Assembly (NCBI RefSeq): GCF_032062105.1
Contig: NW_026925270.1
Location: 186,001-250,000, forward strand
From: Saccostrea cucullata
Taxonomy: Eukaryota
Length of the DNA stretch: 64,000 nt
Direction of reading: 5' to 3'
Numbering within the stretch: position 1 is the first letter of the stretch; each line of letters begins with the position of its first letter. Below are positions 11,942 through 24,645 of this stretch, in pieces. The notes beneath the pieces are model-generated. The model had not been told where the DNA came from and ran no database searches. It worked only from the letters and a program-made list of their open reading frames with translations. The position numbers were made by a program, and so were the translations under genes.

Positions 11942-14900
11942 CTATGAATCGATCAGCTTGGCCCAGAACTTGAAATCCCTGGGACTGAAGGTGATTCCAA
12001 GGACAGGTGCTGTGGAGGGGGGTAAAGGCCCCTCTTGTAGAAACTCAAACTTTTGGACAATGGAGGCGGTAAACAGGAAGATTTCAAACCTGGCTAAAGA
12101 TTCTCCGAGACAAACCCTTCTTCCTGCAATAGTAATGTGTCTTATTAAGTTAAATATATGAAACATCTTAGTAGAGGTGGCTAAACCCTTTTGAATTCAA
12201 TCAAAACATACTCCCTTACCTATTGAAAATGTCAAAATCTTCAAATTATCATTAAATTTTCCATCTTCTTTGATAAACCTATCGGGGTTAAAATCGTCTG
12301 GATTAGGAAACTTTTCAGGGTCAAAGTTTACAGAATCAATATTAGGCAGCATGGCACATCCTTTGGGTATTCTGTATCCGTTAATGTATGTGTCTTGGGC
12401 TGCTGTGTGGGGAACTCCGAAAGAAGGAATACCAATTCGGAGTACCTCGTTGATGACCGCTAGTGTGTAGGGAAGATTACAGCGGTCGTCCAAAGAGGGC
12501 AAGCGATCTTTGCCGAGGTGATCATGAATTTCTCTGCGGAGTTTGGTTTGGACATCTGGGTAGTTGATGAGGTACGCTATGATCCAGCGTATCACTGTGG
12601 CTGTAGTGTCAGTTCCGGCATTGAACATGTCAGACAGGACGCGAATCAGTTCTTTCTCTGTAAACAACATAAGAATCTATTTTAATCACTGCCATTTTTG
12701 GTCCATATGCATTTTTGTTCATGTCGCAAGAATTCGACCTACCAGCATGACCACTACGGAATGAATTTAATAAATTTGAAAGGGGTACCTTTGTTCATCA
12801 TAATCATATGCTTTGTCTTTTAAATGTACACGGGTAGAGAAGAGGCTCTTAAAATAAAGTATTCATTTTCACTTTATGATCATTAGAGCCCTTACTCTAA
12901 TACTCGTGACCCGTGGGCCATGATTTTCATAACTTTTTAACAAGACCAATTGCTTTTTGCAATCAATCATGCCAAAAATTGATTGCTTGATGTCGAAGAG
13001 AAAAGAATCTTGAAGATTGCATGACTTTGGATGGTTTTATTCTCATCCATCAGATACCAAAATGAAGAGGACATGATATTCACAGTTTTTGTTATTCTTC
13101 ACAAATAGATATGACAAAATTGGTTGAAACTGTTTCAGCGGTTCCGGAAAAAAAGTTGAATATATTCAATTAATGGCGCACGACGACGGACAAAAACAGA
13201 TAGTAGTTAACGTGAGTGAGTCAGGTGACCTAAACAGAAATAAAAATTCTACCGTTGAACACATTGTCACTCTCGTTTCTACGATGATGCATTTCCGTCA
13301 AGTAATAGTCGATGAAGTCGTCCTTTTTCCCTTCAATCCATTTTGATTTATGTTCCATAATTATCTTGCTGTAGAAGGCCTCCAACTTTGCCGTATTCCG
13401 TTTCAACATTTTCAGGCCCATCAAATCTCCTGGAAGGTACCTCAGAAATGGAAAGTACTCAATCAGAGAAATAAGTGCTGCTCCTGTTAAACACTCATTT
13501 AGGAGCTTAACCAATTCCAAAAACGCTGCATCATCATGTCGGAATCTTTCCCCAAATAAAATTGAGCACAGCACGTTCGACACGCTGACGTGGATGAAGG
13601 GCTTTACATCGAATGCTTGTCCGTCCTGCTGTCTGACTGCTTCTAGGAATACTTCCACCTCTTCAAGGATCCGCCCCTCAAGGCTTCGTTTTCCAACTCC
13701 GAAGTCCCGCAGTGTTGCAAGAGCAAATGTCCTCTGTTCCTTCCATGATTTCCCGGAATTTGATAAAATTCCTAAAAGGTATATAAACTTTTAATGTGAT
13801 GCTATAATGTCCGGAAAAAATTGAATATAAATTAATGACAAAAAATAGTAGTTAACGTGATGAGAAGGTTAAACAGAAATAAAAATCTACCGTTGAACAC
13901 ATTGTCACATTGCATTTCCGTCAAGTAACAGTTGAAGGAAAATTGTGTTTATGTTTATTATCTTGCTGTAAAGGCCTCCAACTTTGCCGTATTCCGTTTC
14001 AACATTTTCAGGCCCATCAAATCTCCTTTCAGAAATGGAGTACTCAATCAGCGAAATACATTCCCTTAAATCCATTTAGGGCTTAACCAATTCCAAAAAA
14101 GATCATGGGAATCTTTGAATAAAAGCACAACACGTTGGATAACGTGGATGAAGGGCTTTACATCAAACGCCTTCCAACTGCTGTCTGACTGGAGGAATAC
14201 TTCCACCTCTTCAAGGACATATTTCAAGGCTTCGTCATAACTCCATTTGAAGCAAAATGAGAAGTAAAAGGAACAGGTATATAAACTTTTAATGTGATGC
14301 CATAATGAAAATTGATAAATTGAATGTAGAAAGGATCGTAGATTTAATTAAAAGTAGGAGCAAAACAATTATGGACCTCTAAAACATCAGATGCAGTGGA
14401 CTGAGAAAATTATATTTTTTTATAGTCACCCCAAAAAACTGTTAATGTTATATTTTAAAATGCCACAGCAAGAATTCTCTTCTTTTCGTTTATAAGACTT
14501 TGAATTTTGTCTGCTTCAAATAATTACATGTTTAACGGTGCGCAGTTGGCACCCATCGGAATTCCGACAGATTGTTGGAAGACCTCAGTTGATTTTGTTC
14601 TATGCCCTACCCTCAACCAATCCCAACCCCCGTCCCCAGTCAAAACTCTCAATGATCTGACTTTAAGAATTTTTTTCTCTGAATAAGCGCCTGCATTATT
14701 TCATTTTATTCTTAAACCAGTATTTCAAATTAATTTAGACAATTATTCGATCATATGAAAGAATCAAGCATAGAAAAAATAGAAGTGATTTAATTAAGCA
14801 AACAAGACATAAATCAAATTAATTCTCTAAGTCTTACCCTGGTTACCACCAAATTCTGTGGTTAATATATAATCCGGTCTATCAGAATAAAGATCTCCTT

Positions 14901-15183
14901 TCTTGACAAACACATCCCTTATTGTTTCCTCTCCGTTTATTACAACAGAGTAACTTCTACCTATGTAAAACCCAAAGACATCCCCATACTCTTTCCGAAA
15001 CTCTCGGAATTGTTCAAACATCTTTTGCGGGTTTATGTTAACAACTCCTAGTAAAGGTATTCCTTTGGGACCCGGGGGTAGGTCCTTTGGAATTTGACTG
15101 CGTTTCCATAAAATCAGCAACAGAACGAGTAATAACAGAAAAAGTACGTTGGTGAACGTAAATATTTCACCGAAGAACGACAT
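11942..15183 (-). CDS. Cytochrome P450, CYP2 clan, ~494 aa
   Basis: Exons 15183-14838, 13771-13253, 12657-12220, 12123-11942; all introns are phase-1 GT-AG; 1485 nt. Motifs: N-terminal anchor plus PPGP hinge, WKEQR..LRDFGVGK, I-helix AGTDTT, EVLR, PDRF, heme motif FSIGRRVCLG. Confidence 0.95.
12700..13234 (-). mobile_element. Degenerate Helentron/HINE-like element in CYP intron 2
   Basis: Terminus gagtcaggtgacctaaa (reverse complement of tttaggtcacctga) with the gacgacggac microsatellite and satellite-like internal sequence, matching the element at 37817. The left boundary is approximate. Confidence 0.6.
13845..14310 (-). pseudogene. Degenerate tandem copy of CYP exon 2 and flanks
   Basis: Colinear with 13200-13810 (e.g. 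aaggcctccaactttgccgtattccgtttcaacattttcaggcccatcaaatctcc is identical) but has many short deletions and frameshifts. Confidence 0.7.
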
Positions 15184-17221
15184 TTCTTTTATCTTAATTT
15201 TTTTTGTGTGTTTCCCTATTTATAAATAGTTTCTATGGAACACCTTAAGTCATTTATTTCTACACCTATTTATCTTAACGTCCAAGTATGTTTGGAGGCG
15301 TACATAGTTCAATAATTGCTGTTTGGGGGACAATATAATGATTTAAAAATATATTTTATTAATAGCCGGAGGTAATTTCGAATGGTCCGCTTTACGCTAT
15401 TGGAATATGAATGAAAGTTGGGATAAAGAAACTTGCAAAGGTCTGCTTTGTACAGCATCATTTTGATAAAAAAAAAAGTTGTGTCAGTATTCAAGACAAA
15501 AAAATCCTTTCTTTATGTTTGAGAAATACATGTTTTGGCAATGAAGATAGAAAAAAATATACAAGAGATTAAACACAAAGGTCTGGTTTTGATCTAGAAT
15601 TCCGACATTACATATCTATTTTGACCCTGACCTTTGATCCTGAAGTTCAATATCATTGGATCCTACTAGTATATCAAAGGGCCAAAAAAAATGGGTGAAA
15701 TTGTAACAACCCAACAAAAAGACCCTCTAATCCTTTCAGTTACTTTTAAGAAGGAGGGGGATTTGAGTGGAATTTCGATCCGTTAGTGGTAGGGTGGAGG
15801 GAGGGGTGCTATATTTGTTTCAGCTATGTTTGTATATTTTAGTTATGTTTGAAAGTCTTCTCGACTTCAGGTTGAAGATGGGATTGAATTTTTGCAATAA
15901 TGACGCTCCGTAGTTTCCCATTTTAAGTATGATTGTGTTTTATGTCAATATCTAGTACTACGTTTACACATTCTTGTGTGATCTTCGTCATATTGTAATC
16001 TGACAACGAAGCTTTGAAGATCTAACTTAACCGATTGGTTTCCAAATAAGGATATAAACATAATCAATATTATTTACTTACAAGCGAGGAAATTTGAGGT
16101 GTTTTAGAATGCATTTCTTATTTTGCCCAAATAAGGGCTTGAAAATTAAACAAATTGTTTTTGATATATCCTTTAATGGTTTGTTTTATCCCAATTATCG
16201 GAATGACAGATCATTTTTCAAAAAAAAAAAAAAAAAAAGAAATTCTTCGAGTTGCTGGACTTAAACTTGTAACAGTTATACTGTTATCATATTTTCAACA
16301 GCTATAACTGCTTAAAGAAATCAAAATCGAAAACAAAAATTTGTAGCCTCGTGTTGGAGTATTCGAGCGTACCTTCATGATTAATGTTTAAAACATCAGT
16401 GTTTGTATCTTTTTGGAATTTTTTCAGTCTGAGAATATGCTGCTAAAATTAAACATTAACAGCTCATACAAGTACGTATATGTCTTTCATTTAATCACAA
16501 CAAAAAGACATACATAACCTTCGATTTATTTTCATTTTTTCAATTGTTAAACACTGGGTAAATTTTGATGTTCTTACTAAAATTTCCTTGCATTAAACAT
16601 GTTATGTACGTGTCATTTGTAAAACATGCATTGATATTCCCATTTGCAATTTTAAAGTGAAATATCAAAGAAATTACATAAAATTAAGATTTCAAAAAGT
16701 TTCACTTTATGTTTGTTGCACCCTAGGCATTTTTCCCGCCTTGTTCACCCATCATCTAAATTGAAAAATTTGAGAAAAGAAAAAAAATCCATCATAAATT
16801 AGAAAGAAAAAACACAAATTATAAGTATTATTTGACGAGACGTGTGAAAACTTTCAGATATTTTCTCCACTTTCAAACCGACTGATATAAAGTACATGTG
16901 CGTATATACGAGATACAGTTTAATTTAATTCAATTATCATTTTCAATATAAATAATCAACTGCAAATAATTAGAAAAATGTTGAATCGTACGCGTATTAA
17001 TTATTATGACTTAAAATACGTTTGCGCAGTGCAATAAATGTCTATTCCCGTGGAGTCGACAGTGGTCAAGGCGCGATCAGCTAACACGCTTACAGATTAC
17101 AGTGATATAATATGTTGACATGACCTAGTTCTTTTGAGCTGACCATATCACAACAAAGGAGAGAGAGGGTTAATGACCACTCGTAGTAAAATGACCGCTA
17201 CAACTTGACTGGAAAAACGCA

Positions 17222-18724
17222 ATGTGGAAGGAAATCAACGAACGAAAGTGGTGGCGTATGTGGCCCTACCTTGCGGTGGGGGACACTTTAGTGGGGGTGG
17301 TGGTTCTACCCAACTTTGTGGCCAGTTACTGGATGGGCACGTGGCTGATCTTTGACTTTTACCTCTTTCCCCAGGACATGCACAAGTCAGCCTGGATTTG
17401 CTATGGTGTCGGGAACATCTTAGTGCTGTGCTCCATCCTTTCCCAGGGGATTCTCAGGGCGTGGCTGATTCCCGAAGACGGAAAACGCACGTGGAAATTT
17501 GTACTGTGTGTACACATTTACAAGTACATTATGGCCTTTATCGGGGTCATGCAATGGCGTGGAATTGCCTATATTACCGTCCTATACACAGGAATGTCAC
17601 TGGCTAGCGCTGTTTTAGGTTTGGTGGTTGCCACGATCCTCCTGGCCCTACTCAGAAATCACCTAGGCATCCTAACCCCTCCCCTCACCATGGCCTTAGA
17701 CCCAGGTGTAGAGGAGTCCTTCATAATTCCGACCAAGTTTTCTTGTGAGGTAGGTTTCTGTTTTAGTGAAAGGACTGTTACGGAAGAAAAAATAAAAATT
17801 TTAGCATTCATCGGACTGAGAGAGAGGACAGTTCCCATTGGCAGCTTACTTTAGTCCTTCATGCCGCCAAAGACCTCCGATCGACCTACTGCCTATTTCT
17901 GTTTAGAATCCTCGATAGTTATAATGATTATAAGCCACTAAATGTATCCTGTGAGGATGAGATTCTAGAAACACATACTTTTTAACACGTTTAATGCAAA
18001 GGCAAATGCAAGGCAACTTTGCCTTGCACCAAAATTTTATTAATGTTACACTTTATGCAATATGAATCCAGACTTTGTTTTATATTTTCAGCCTGGACTG
18101 AGTTGGAAGTTCCTCTTGGACGCACTTTTCACCGTTTTTGTGATCACAACTTTTGCTGGGTTTGCCCTCAAAGGATACTGGGTACTTTTGGAGATGGCCA
18201 TGCCAGTAAATGAAGACGACCCCATCGAACTGTTGGATACAGGTTTTGTTTCGTTATTGATATTCTACGGATTAGTTACCATCCCTATCATAGGCCAATA
18301 CGAACTTATGAAATTGAACAAAAAAGTCGAAGAAAAACATCCGTGTCTGGTAGCTACATTGGAGGAACTTTTCATTGCCATTCTTGCTATTCTTCCTATG
18401 TTGTTTTGGCGTGCTGTGTATTTAATTCATTTAAGCTTTTTGACGCCTGAGTATTACACGTTATACCTATGGATTTCCCATGTTGTGGGATTTTTAGGCG
18501 TGTGCGTCATGCGGGCGTCATCAAGCATGATCCCACTGGGATGCGTCTCAGATAAGGAGGCGTTCCAGAGTGAGTTTGGGATTTTTGATTATCGTTATTT
18601 TAGATTTTTTCTGGATAAGAGGAGAACGGTACGCCAACAAGAGAAAGAGGATAAACTTGACTTTACTGAAATTAATACTGAACAAACGATTAGTGATCAC
18701 CAATTAAAGCCTTATTTCACATAG
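17222..18724 (+). CDS. Fuseless-like multipass membrane protein, ~386 aa
   Basis: Exons 17222-17749 and 18092-18724 (phase-0 GT-AG). About 8 hydrophobic segments in two internal repeats with Fuseless-type motifs: D..VGVVVLP.FVASYWMGTW..FD.YLFP, GVMQWRGI, LRN...LTPP...LD, FWRAVY. Confidence 0.8.
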
Positions 18725-18995
18725 CAACGGACCTGGCGTATTAAAAATGAATGGGCAGCTTAAACTCTTTGATTTGTTCCACCATCAGCATAAGTCTATA
18801 TGACTTAACTTTGTTTGAATAATACCGGTATGGAATCTTAATGACATGACATAGTTCCATTACCATGATTACAGGCCATACTATACACATGGTAAAGTTA
18901 ATTACGAATGTTACCTTAATTACTTACAGTTCTTAAAATAAAAACAATGAACATAAGAATGATGAATTGCCTTTTTAATTCTGGATTTTGAGCGG

Positions 18996-21900
18996 TCATT
19001 GAATACAATAATAGCTCCCAGTGGTGTTTACACAATGTTGACATGGCTTCGATAAACATTCGTCCAGATCTGCAGAGAAAAAAGTATTTTTCAAGGAACA
19101 TAAAGAATATAGAATAGGTATTGCATGTAGACAGTGATGGTTTGCAGAACTTAACATAAAAAAGTACGAATTTTCATAATTACCCAGTTGACAAATGATT
19201 CCATAATAGCCAGGAGGGCATCTGCATCTGTTGCTATGACAACGACCACCATTAATACAAGGTGGATTACAGGTGGTACCTAAGCGATATTGTAAATCTC
19301 ATTTCTAACTGATAAGAAAAGGCTAGGCAAGGAAAAGAAATAAACTATTATTTCTACACTTAGTGCGTAATGTTTTGAATTTTTACTTTGACAAGTTCTC
19401 TTATCCTTCCGCAGTCGACTTCCGGGAGGACAGGTACAGAAATAAGACCCGTATGTATTACGACATCGGTGTTCACAGGGGTTCGGATACTTGGCACATT
19501 CATTTATATCTGCAGTTAATAAAAGATTTAAGTCAGTTCAAATCCACATAAACAAGAACTCCAACAGAAAACAATGTTGAAGGTCAAAACAAAACAATAA
19601 AGCATAAATTATGTACCGACTCCATCCTTAATAGTTAATATTGGACATAAACATGTTTCAGAGCTAGATTAAATGCTGATACATGTACTTATACATAGTT
19701 ATATTTTTTAACCATCAATGGTTAAAATAATGGCTTAGCATCGCCTCATCCTGGCTTACCTTCTTGACAATAGGTGCCCGAGACGCCACCTGGACACCAA
19801 CATTTCCCATTTCTGCATACTCCACCATTGAGGCAACCAGGAATGCATTGTTCCTCTGTAAATCAATATCAAAGTTTATTTCCGGAACGTACATGTATAT
19901 GTACATTCAATTTTAAACATGTATGACCAAGATTTGAAAAATGTTGTCAAGACCGTACGTCATCATTTTTTGAATACACAAGAAATTATAGTTGTAACAC
20001 CAAGAAATACACTAATACACTAAAAATAGCTGACCAATGCACGTTGTTCTGTCTGGACTTAGGGTGAATCCACTTGGACAGGCACAGTGGAAGCTTCCAA
20101 AGGTGTTCCGACAGGAAAACTGACAAAGATTGGAGGATGTGGCACATTCATCTATATCTGTAATGATTTAAGGAATCCCGTTATGCTTAAAATTATCCCA
20201 TGTTTCCCACTATTGTTGATGCCCTGGCATACTCTCCTAACTAGACAGTGATTCCTTATATTTTCATTTCATTGTGAAATAAAATGGTAGATTTAGACTT
20301 TAAAAATGTAGACATAGACTTAAATTACACGAGGACTTCCATGCCAATTTCAATAGTCCTCGCCCAATGACGTCAAACACCTAGGCAGCCGCACGAGATT
20401 TACATGCACATTTTGCCTCCTTAGCGTCAGACATAGAGACAGATGCGCACGAGATTTGCATGCATTTTAGGCCTCCCAAGGTCCTGACCTATCGACCTGC
20501 CTAAATTTACATTCTGGCAGAATTATCAAGAAGTAAACTCCGACAACTTTCAAAGAGTTATCGCAGAGAAAAAATTAGAAATGGAAATATTTAGTTGTCA
20601 ATAGTCTGAATGCTGATAATGCAGGTGACATTGCACTTAGACCAAATCTAACCATGATTCATTTGCACTGTATGGGGAAAATTATTTTACCGACCATCAT
20701 GACAAACTGGTCCAGAAAGTCCCGGAGGGCAAACGCATTGGCCACCTTCACAGGAGCCCCCGTTAGCACATTCTGGCAAACACTCCATTTCACGAACAGT
20801 TTGTATATCTAAACATCCTTGACCCGGTCCAGGAACCAAGCCTTCCTCACATTTCGAATCTGAACAGTCACCTGTACATAATAAATACTAGTATTACACT
20901 ATTTTAACGATTGCTTTAAAAATTGAAAAACACTTTTTAGTCATACATGGTTCATTTATCAGCATCATACCACCTACCGGAACATGGTCGAACACTCTCT
21001 TCAGACTCTGAAACATTATAAGAGATCTTATAAAGTTTTCAGTATTTACAATATGCAAATAACACTTGTATTGCATTGAAAATACTACGGAAAAATTGTT
21101 CCTTTACCTGTTCCTATAGCTCTACACACTACCTCCCCAGACGAAGCTGTCATAACCTCGTAGCCAGGTCCACAGAGCTCCACATTATCCTCCACACTCA
21201 CGCACCTGCTGTTTCCCCTATCCACTTTTAAAACCTCTCCTGGTCCACACACACTACTGTGATTTGGTATTTCTGTATGAGCATCTTGGCTGCATACGTA
21301 ACCATGCGCAGTCCGAGTCAGAACCAAACCATACTCACAAATCAGATTAGTTTGTTCTTCGGAAACACATTCGATGATACTTGTTTTACCCTGGACCACC
21401 ACTTGTTCGGAATCACAGACGATGCTTTCAATGTCAAGCTTTGTGGGACGACAAATAAATTTGTCTACAACAACAGTAAGGATTTCCCCCTCTGGACATC
21501 GTGTTCTTCGGACATACTCTTCCGTCGACTGTTTGCGTCGGTACTGACACTGGACGCCATTTGTTGTCCTAACCAGACTCTGACCCGGAGGACATGATAC
21601 TTCGTCCGGGGATATCAATGCAGGGTCTTTACACGTGGTACCTCCTACCAACACTTGGCCAGGAGGACATGAAATGTCAGGTTTATTTGATTTTGACACG
21701 AACCAACATTCATCTCCTTCTTCTGTAGACACCAAGGTCTGTCCAGGAGCGCAGTTTCTTCTCGTTTCCTGCTTCTGAGGTGCTGGGATACTTTTTAAAT
21801 CATATTGGCAAATTGTACCCATTGCAGTTTTTATTGGAATAAAACCATCAGGACAAGGGTTTGGTCGACACTCTACTCCATGATCTGTGTGTACCTCCTT

Positions 21901-23346
21901 TTCCATAGGAGAACACCTCGGTTTTGCTTCGGCATTTGGCGAAATGCAATAATAATCTTTCCCTAATTTTACCAGCTCCTGTCCATCTGTACAACTCGGA
22001 CGTCTTGATTTTGCCCGGATGCACACCGGGCCAGTTTGTAAATGGACCAGGCGTTCGCCCGGTTCACACAGAGGTATGCCTTGATGTCTGTTTCCATCAC
22101 TACTTTTTTCACACACAACGCCGATAGTCGTCTGTGTTGGGATTTCACCTTCTGGACAAATGGCGACCATGATTTTGGATGGAGAGTTTACACACTTTCT
22201 TATACCTTTTTGTTCACTTAATGTTTGACCAGGCCCACATTCACTACGACAAATCTCACCCTCTAGTGTTTTAATTAAAACTTCACCATTTTGACATCTT
22301 TGCTGCTCTCTCTTTTCGGTATATTTTCGAAATATAAGTGAATGCTGGTTATTTTGAAAAGGAGTATTGCCTGGTCTCGTCAGATTTCCTTTCTTTACTT
22401 TCTGATTCCCACGATTGAGAAGTCTGTGAGATATTTTCGGTTTGTGTTGAAGATTTTCGTTTGAAAGCTTTATTGGTTTCTTATTCACCTTCAATATCTT
22501 TGATGAGCGAACGCAAACTGTCACATCGTCTGTGACAACTGAATGAAAGCTAGGTGGACACGAATCTGGGGTCGGGATCTCTGCTGAGCCAGATTTAAAT
22601 TTTCGACACATATCCCCTCGGCATCCTTCTGTTTCTAAAGGCAAACTCTCTGATAATTTCATAGGAGCTTTCTGTACTGGTGGATTAGTCGTGAACGTTA
22701 CACCAGATTCTGTTGATTTTATATTGAAAGATTACAATCTTTAAATAATTAGTGCAGTCTTTCTTAAAATAAATATATTTTAATTGTAGAACAAGTCCTG
22801 GTAAAGATTTTATTTTAATTGTAGAACAAGACTTGGTAAAGGTTTACACCTCTTATAAATAATAAGAATAATATAATTTTAAAAATAAAATTTGTAGCCT
22901 CATTTTTTTCGTCCAAAAAAGGGCGGGAGTCTATACATACTTGTCAAGTATATATTATTTTTTTCATAACTGATTTGTAATCTACAGTGATTAATATAAA
23001 TGTTGGTATACTAGCTACTTAAATAAAATTTAAGTTACCTCCCAGGATATTCCTGACAGGTTTACAGGATTGTCCGTCTGTCTGTAATGTGTATCCAGTA
23101 TGACAGAAACATTGAGGTTCGTTGTTTATTACCAGACAGTCATGATCACATCCATGTGATGGGGGACACGTAATGGGGGAACTACCAACATTCCTGTGAA
23201 ATAATCTTCATGGTGAAAAAAATTGGAGATTTAAGTTAGAGAGAAAAATATATGTAAGCAAACAATGATACTTACAAATTCAATGAATCAGCCAAATGAA
23301 TCATTAGCGAGAATAATAAATTGTTTATCAACAAACTGCATGTCAT
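18996..23346 (-). CDS. Secreted cysteine-rich protein: signal peptide, EGF, basic linker, ~15 CxxG-x11-C loop repeats, three (EGF + cbEGF) pairs with the last cbEGF truncated; ~838 aa
   Basis: Exons 23346-23276 (MTCSLLINNLLFSLMIHLADSLN), 23193-23039 (EGF), 22709-21108, 20871-20695, 20157-20035 (DIDEC..CRNTFGSFHC), 19855-19760, 19509-19387 (DINEC..), 19279-19184, 19069-18996 (DLDEC..YYCIQ*). All GT-AG and phase-consistent; 2517 nt. Confidence 0.88.
20270..20531. repeat. Dispersed ~260-bp repeat (inverted copy at 28951-29210)
   Basis: Near-identical reverse complement of 28951-29210 (e.g. ccttagcgtcagaca.agagacagatgcgcacgaga). Confidence 0.85.
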
Positions 23347-23788
23347 GGTTGATGTTAAGTTTCTCTAGGTTATCATCCTTTATCTTTTTGTGTATAAAAA
23401 AGCCAAGTTTCCCTGTTGATGATAAGGCGAAACACATGTGTTTTCTTAATGAACCATGTCTTCAACTGTTTCTAATAAACTACAAAAAGTACATTTTACT
23501 TGATGTCGATTTTTAAAGTATATAAGGAGGGATGCCACGCCAAAATTTTAATTATCCAAGAGATCTTTTAAACTATGGTTTCAGCATTGAAAACCGATGT
23601 TGGCTCTTTATTATTTATACGATTTTTTTTTGGTGGGGGGGGGGCATTTTTTTTAAGAGAATATGAAAAAAGTTTTATTTTTAGATAAAATGCTTTATGG
23701 TTTTTTTTTAAAAATCTAATAAGATATGTTGATAGATATTTTTTAAATAAAAAATTATGAAGGTACAAATTTAAGAAAATTATATCGC

Positions 23789-24645
23789 TAGAGGCGCGGA
23801 TCCAGAATTTTTTCCGGGAGGGGAGTCCACCCCAGTCCAAAACAAAAATCCAACCCAGGAATTTCTTGACAAGCAAAAAAAAAAAAAAAAACTAAACTCG
23901 CCCAAACGTTAAAAACCTATTTCGTGGGGAGGGGAGGGGGGGGTAGACTTCTAATGCTTCAAACGTATGACTTTTCATACCAATTTAACACAAATTCGCG
24001 TTTAGTTTAAACCATATTTTATTTGAACATGACAAGCAAGAAATACAGGCAAGAAGTACAAAGATCAAAAAGGATTCGGAAACAAGTTTCAAAAACTTAT
24101 ACTAATCCGTTTCCTAATTATTAATGATAAAGATGACAGACCCTTATTAGATAGTTACATAACACGGTTTTGAGCTGTATTACAACAATATTTGAGATTG
24201 ACATACATATTGAATATGAAATCATGTTAAATTACACAAATGAAACACGTTCTAATTATACGGAAGGAATCTTAAAGATGTACAATATGTATGTGAAGAA
24301 AAAAAACAAAACAAACAAAAGAAAGTGGTTGACATAAAGTAGAAGATAATTAAAGAATAACTACAGGTGCAGTTACAAATATAAATACTATTTTGGGAAA
24401 TATAACAATAAAAGATTGGGGATATAATGAAAAAGAAAAAAATGAACGACGCTTGCTACATGCAGTTGAGAGGTAAAATTAGGGAAGGACTATTATTGCA
24501 TTTCGCGTTTCCCAGGGAGGGGGTGTCTGCGTTTCCCAAGGGGGGTCCAATGTAGTTTTTTTTCTTGCTTTAGTCTATAAGTTTAATAACCTTAAAAATT
24601 CCAGGGGGGTCTTGACCCCCCCCCCCCCCCTCTAGATCCGCGCAT
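23789..24645. mobile_element. Non-autonomous DNA element with gcgcggatc(c/t)ag TIRs and G/C homopolymer tracts
   Basis: aggcgcggatccag near 23792 and ctagatccgcgcatg near 24632-24645. The internal ttgacaagcaaaaa..cctatttcgtgggg motif is shared with 37437 and 62050. TSD unclear. Confidence 0.55.

Noticed and set aside
12270-22127. Antisense ORFs over the CYP and EGF-array exons (12270, 12564, 13594, 21259, 21924)
   Set aside because: Shadow ORFs opposite real coding exons.
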